From a bacterium (GTDB lineage Bacteria > Zhuqueibacterota > Zhuqueibacteria > Residuimicrobiales > Krinioviventaceae), in NCBI GenBank assembly GCA_963675755.2, contig CAXXMD010000003.1, forward strand, positions 2,720,001-2,784,000: a DNA stretch of 64,000 bases. The letters are read 5' to 3'. Positions 59,837 to 64,000 of this stretch are shown piece by piece (position 1 is the first letter of the stretch; each line of letters starts with the position of its first letter). A program made the position numbers and the translations under genes. Below the pieces are notes generated by a model that saw nothing but the letters and a program-made list of their open reading frames with translations, had not been told where the DNA came from and searched no databases.

Positions 59837-62002
59837 TTATTTAAGATACAACAATTTGATTTTTTTTACCGCATCTTTGATCTGCAAAACCGCGAAATAG
59901 GTGCCGCTGGAGACGGGTATGTTTGAATCAGACATGGCATTCCAGGTGATCTGGTAACTGCCGGCAGTTTGGATGTGTCTGGAAAAAGATTGGACCTGTT
60001 GACCCAAAATATTATAAATATGAATATTCAACTCGTTACCCGCGTATCTGGCAGGTATGCTGATATGGAACGTGGTTGTTGGATTGAACGGATTCGGGGC
60101 TGCTAATAATTCGAGTTTGGTCGTGTCTTCTGCTGTTTCTTCAATGCCTGTTGCACCCCAATCCCAATCCGAATCACCGCCTTTGGATTCATCATCAAAC
60201 TCTGATTCGATCTGTGAATTTTCAATGTCGGGCACCAGGAATGAAGTATACGCTGTGAGAATACGAGACTCTATGCTAAAATCGATCATTTCGTTAATCA
60301 GCCAGCTATCCTGGTTTTCATGTGCCAGATCCTGTAGGTACTGACCGTATTGCGCTGTGGCAATTTGTTGAGTACCCTCAATAACATCAGACTCTGTAAT
60401 GGTAATGTCTTTTTTAATCTGTTCATCTTTATACCTTGCAACAATGGAAACCTGCATGGGAAAGTCGCCCTTGAACTTGCCGGTTTGTATCACCGGGAAA
60501 TCGAGTGGATAATACCCTCTGAACAAAGAGAACAGCTTTTGTTGATAGGTGTATCCACCTGCAGTCTGGGTGTAAACTTCAATTTCTTCAAAATGGGCGG
60601 CTTTTTCAAAAAAGATAGCTGCCAAAGCGGTCTTGAGGGGATGGAAGCGTAAAAAGAACAGATTCCCTTCAGTTTCACGAGTTAGTTCGCGAGTGAATGG
60701 ATAGTTAATTGAAACATACCCATAATCCATATATGAGTATAGACGCTGAATGTTTTCAAGGTCGAGCACATGGAATTTGGTGCCGTCTGGATAAAAATTA
60801 ATCAGTTCGTAAGCATAATCCCGTGCTTCATCACGGATTGTGGGAAAATCATTGCGGTTGGTTATCCAAAGCACTTCTGCATTGCCGTTTTGTTTTAGAT
60901 ATTCGGCACCCTGGTAAAGGACCTCTTGTGATGTACTGATGGAGAGGAAGCGGTGTCCAAAGAATTTCGCAAACATCTGGTCCAGATTTTCCGTCGTACA
61001 AGGCAGATAGCTTTCACTGCCATTGATTACATCCTCAAACCCAATGACAATAGCAACGGAATCCTGTTCGGTCAATGAACGTTCCATGGTCTCTTTGATA
61101 GACGTGAGCAAGAGTTCACTGGTCATGTTTTGTGTATTGGATGTATTGTAATCCACCAATATCAATATTTTTCGGTTCTCATGTATCTGGGTAACATCCG
61201 GTGGATAAACCGCAAGCTGGTAGAATTTGTCGGTATCATTTTCAAACGTTGTGATGTAAAAATCGGATTCAATGGGAGAGGGCAATACAAATTCGACAAA
61301 CTCTCCATTTTCAACCGGTAAAATGACTTCGTAGGTCCCCGGGTCTTCATATTGAGTAAAAGTGTAACCTTCTTTACCAATGAGTTCCGGATATTCATTT
61401 TCATCACCATAATAATATAATACTCTTAGAGAATCCGCACCACCTGTTTCAGAAGTGACCTGGTTAATGGGCAGCCAGGTGCGTATTTTACCGCTGGTTG
61501 AGGAAGCGGGAGTAAGATATTTGATCATAACGCGCTGATCTTTGCCGCGTTTAATGGGGAACAGATTCATGGTATAGGTGACCTGGCCGTTACGATCTGG
61601 TGCAGTACGAGAAAACATTGCCGGTTCTCTGTATGGACTGGTTTTTTCATTAAACATTTGAGCGGCAGTCCATTTGTCCAGCATATTTGCCTGTACAACA
61701 GAATCAGGAGAATACCAATAGTACATATCGTACATGATGACCTGTTCAGGCATGGTGAAACTCCATTCCAGCTCCAGCTCATCATAGTTTTTGAAAAACC
61801 AGCTATTAAAGTCGTATCCGAAGGAGATGTAAATATTGTGCTCAAGGTAAACGCCACGTCTGTGAATTACATCTGTTACCCATTCTACACGTACATTGGA
61901 ATCCTGATATTGCGTGTAACCCGCTTCAAAAATGTTGATATCTGCAGCGCTGCTCAAATAAGGCAGGCTGATAATCAGTATAAGGAATAATAATCTTTTC
62001 AT
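59837..62002 (-). CDS. Secreted VIT + vWA-like protein with CTD (array member G2)
   Basis: GGAGG RBS; ELEWSFTMP...REPA...LFPI...V.IKY (VIT-like); KILILVDYNTS (vWA strand 1); APNPFNP CTD. Confidence 0.65.
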   Translation of the reverse strand: MKRLLFLILIISLPYLSSAADINIFEAGYTQYQDSNVRVEWVTDVIHRRGVYLEHNIYISFGYDFNSWFFKNYDELELEWSFTMPEQVIMYDMYYWYSPDSVVQANMLDKWTAAQMFNEKTSPYREPAMFSRTAPDRNGQVTYTMNLFPIKRGKDQRVMIKYLTPASSTSGKIRTWLPINQVTSETGGADSLRVLYYYGDENEYPELIGKEGYTFTQYEDPGTYEVILPVENGEFVEFVLPSPIESDFYITTFENDTDKFYQLAVYPPDVTQIHENRKILILVDYNTSNTQNMTSELLLTSIKETMERSLTEQDSVAIVIGFEDVINGSESYLPCTTENLDQMFAKFFGHRFLSISTSQEVLYQGAEYLKQNGNAEVLWITNRNDFPTIRDEARDYAYELINFYPDGTKFHVLDLENIQRLYSYMDYGYVSINYPFTRELTRETEGNLFFLRFHPLKTALAAIFFEKAAHFEEIEVYTQTAGGYTYQQKLFSLFRGYYPLDFPVIQTGKFKGDFPMQVSIVARYKDEQIKKDITITESDVIEGTQQIATAQYGQYLQDLAHENQDSWLINEMIDFSIESRILTAYTSFLVPDIENSQIESEFDDESKGGDSDWDWGATGIEETAEDTTKLELLAAPNPFNPTTTFHISIPARYAGNELNIHIYNILGQQVQSFSRHIQTAGSYQITWNAMSDSNIPVSSGTYFAVLQIKDAVKKIKLLYLK

Positions 62003-62012
62003 GACAGCCTCC

Positions 62013-63998
62013 TTATCTTAAATAGGTTATTTTAACGGTTTCGTTGATATCACCCATTGAACATTGTACCAGGTAGAGTCCTGTGCTAACGGGCAGGCCC
62101 TGATTATTGGTACCATCCCAGTGGATATTGAGCTGATACTCTTCTTTTGGCATATTGTAAGAGAATTCTCTTACAATGCGCCCCAGAATATCAATGATCC
62201 GTATATTCATATCTCGATCGTAGGAGGCAGGCGGCAGGTTAAACTGTACTGTAACTCTGGAGTTGAACGGATTTGGAAACGCCTGCATGTTAAAGTCGAG
62301 TGGTACCTCAACATTTTCTTCAATAGGCTGTCCCTCAGATTGATAGTAGGTGGTGTCTACTTCAGTCAGGCGCTTAAAGCCTTTATAACCGGATGGTGCC
62401 GGGACAACAAATCCGCAATAGGGACTAAGAATGTTGTTTTCTTTAGAGAATTGCGCAATTTTTTCGATTGTAGCAAAACTTTGGGGCTGCTCTAATAAAT
62501 CCAGTAAGTAGCGGGCATAATATATTTGAGATATATATTTATTATGACTTGTTCTGATTGTATCAATATTGCTGATTGATTTTCTCAAGGTTTCACCATC
62601 AACCTGACCATAAAAAACGGCTTCTAATGGCAAGTCTCCTTCAAATCGTCCCATTTCCTGCAACGGATAGGTAATGGGATAATGGGTTTTACCGTCATTT
62701 AGATCATATTTGGTAAAGGAATACCCGCCAGACGGAACCATTTCCAGTTTGACCAGATCAGCGGCAGGTGCAAATACCTCTGCAATTTCCAATTCAAGGT
62801 TTGCAGGTGTTATATTCGTTGTAACAATCATCCCTCCGCTACTCATGCGGGCAAGATTTTGGTATAAATACTCATTGCCATAATAAACAGTGCCATTAAT
62901 GTACAGGTAATTTGTACGATATGATGAACGACAATCCATAAAACTGTGTTTTACCGGATATTTCAGCTGGTAATAAGAAAGATCCATGATCTCATTTGCG
63001 GTTTCCGGCGGGTTACAGTGTTTAACAGCATTAGATAGTACCCACAGCTCTCCATTCGTCTTTGCAGAGTTGAAATAATCTTTGGATGCACGTAATAACT
63101 GGGGCAGCCCACTGATTTGTACACTGTTGAGAGTAGCGACTTTGGTGAACATTGCCGAAATATTTGCCTGTGTAGCAGAAACAAAAGATGGATATAGTGT
63201 TTTGGGAGCAAATCCATCAATAAAGATCATATTAATCGAGTCAGTTGGCGAAAGGGTTAATGCGGTAATTGTTTTATATTTATTGATGAGTTCCTCACGT
63301 GTGTGATAATAACCTACTTCTGTGCCCAAATCATACAACAAAAGTATTTTTTTTTCTAGCCTGTCAGTGGTTGATACCGGAGGTAACATTAATGTGTGAT
63401 AAAAATTATCTTTATCTGTTTTAAAAAAATGCACTTCAGGGTCGGTTGAATAAGGTCGCTGCCATTTGATTTCAAAATCTCTTCGCCAACTGTTGCTGCT
63501 GTTAAATTGACCTCCCCAGGTCCACCAGTTATTAGACCATTTTATATATTCAGAAGGCCATTCATCTGTTTCAGGTTTACTGTTTGGGTATTCAATGTCT
63601 CTGAATTTTATAGTATAATTGACATTAGAATAATCGTTATTTAATAGAAATTCACGCGTATAAATCCAACCTCGCATTGAATTAATATCAATGGTGTTTT
63701 GTGTTATAAAAGTGATTTTTACTGAAAACGTATTTGGGTAGTAAATTGGTCCAAAATTTAATTGATGTGTTTTGGTTTGATTGCCATAATAATTTCTGGA
63801 TACAAGTTCTCTCATGAGAAAACGTGGATTGATATAATTTGAGTTATTATATTTATCTTCTGCATCCAGAACATTTTCCGGTTCAGCTTTGATCCAGGTG
63901 TTTTCAGGTTTAAAATAAGCTTCGGTTACCACAGCGTCTTGTGGTAAACTAAGAACCCAGGTGACTTCAAAAGGTTGTCCGGTAGGTGTACTGCCACG
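62013..63998 (-). CDS. Secreted VIT + vWA-like protein with CTD, 5' end beyond the window (array member G1)
   Basis: Frame is open to the window end (…FEVTWVLSLPQDAVVTEA, VIT-like); KKILLLYD; FPNPFN CTD; paralogous to G2. Confidence 0.65.
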   Translation of the reverse strand, partial: RGSTPTGQPFEVTWVLSLPQDAVVTEAYFKPENTWIKAEPENVLDAEDKYNNSNYINPRFLMRELVSRNYYGNQTKTHQLNFGPIYYPNTFSVKITFITQNTIDINSMRGWIYTREFLLNNDYSNVNYTIKFRDIEYPNSKPETDEWPSEYIKWSNNWWTWGGQFNSSNSWRRDFEIKWQRPYSTDPEVHFFKTDKDNFYHTLMLPPVSTTDRLEKKILLLYDLGTEVGYYHTREELINKYKTITALTLSPTDSINMIFIDGFAPKTLYPSFVSATQANISAMFTKVATLNSVQISGLPQLLRASKDYFNSAKTNGELWVLSNAVKHCNPPETANEIMDLSYYQLKYPVKHSFMDCRSSYRTNYLYINGTVYYGNEYLYQNLARMSSGGMIVTTNITPANLELEIAEVFAPAADLVKLEMVPSGGYSFTKYDLNDGKTHYPITYPLQEMGRFEGDLPLEAVFYGQVDGETLRKSISNIDTIRTSHNKYISQIYYARYLLDLLEQPQSFATIEKIAQFSKENNILSPYCGFVVPAPSGYKGFKRLTEVDTTYYQSEGQPIEENVEVPLDFNMQAFPNPFNSRVTVQFNLPPASYDRDMNIRIIDILGRIVREFSYNMPKEEYQLNIHWDGTNNQGLPVSTGLYLVQCSMGDINETVKITYLR

Positions 63999-64000
63999 TC

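Overview
A 64-kb bacterial chromosomal window, probably from an FCB-superphylum organism of the KSB1/Calditrichota/Ignavibacteria type. This is inferred from the many secreted proteins ending in a (Y/F)PNPFN FlgD-Ig/T9SS-A-like C-terminal domain (CTD), a sulfatase, and the ptsH-ptsI-metK-ahcY order. Core genes: rrf2-sufBCD-sufT-Rieske-sufS-sufU, a SurA/PpiD foldase, PTS IIC/IID-HPr-EI, metK, ahcY and a cold-shock gene. Three accessory blocks follow. (1) A very AT-rich island (about 23.76-30.9 kb) holds a tightly coupled four-gene operon, NurA-like nuclease / HerA-like ATPase / GHKL (MORC/Hsp90-like) ATPase / B12-binding-like radical SAM enzyme, next to a vapBC module. I cannot match it to a named defence system, and it is the best candidate for an undescribed DNA-modification or anti-phage system. 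(2) An AraC-linked oxidoreductase cluster (31-39 kb) appears to be decaying, with two genes broken by single in-frame stops. (3) A >18-kb tandem array of nine secreted CTD proteins has near-identical leader/intergenic/CTD DNA segments flanking AT-rich variable cargo regions, with visible mosaicism. No tRNA, rRNA, CRISPR array, integrase or transposase was recognised. All calls come from reading motifs by eye; no searches were run.
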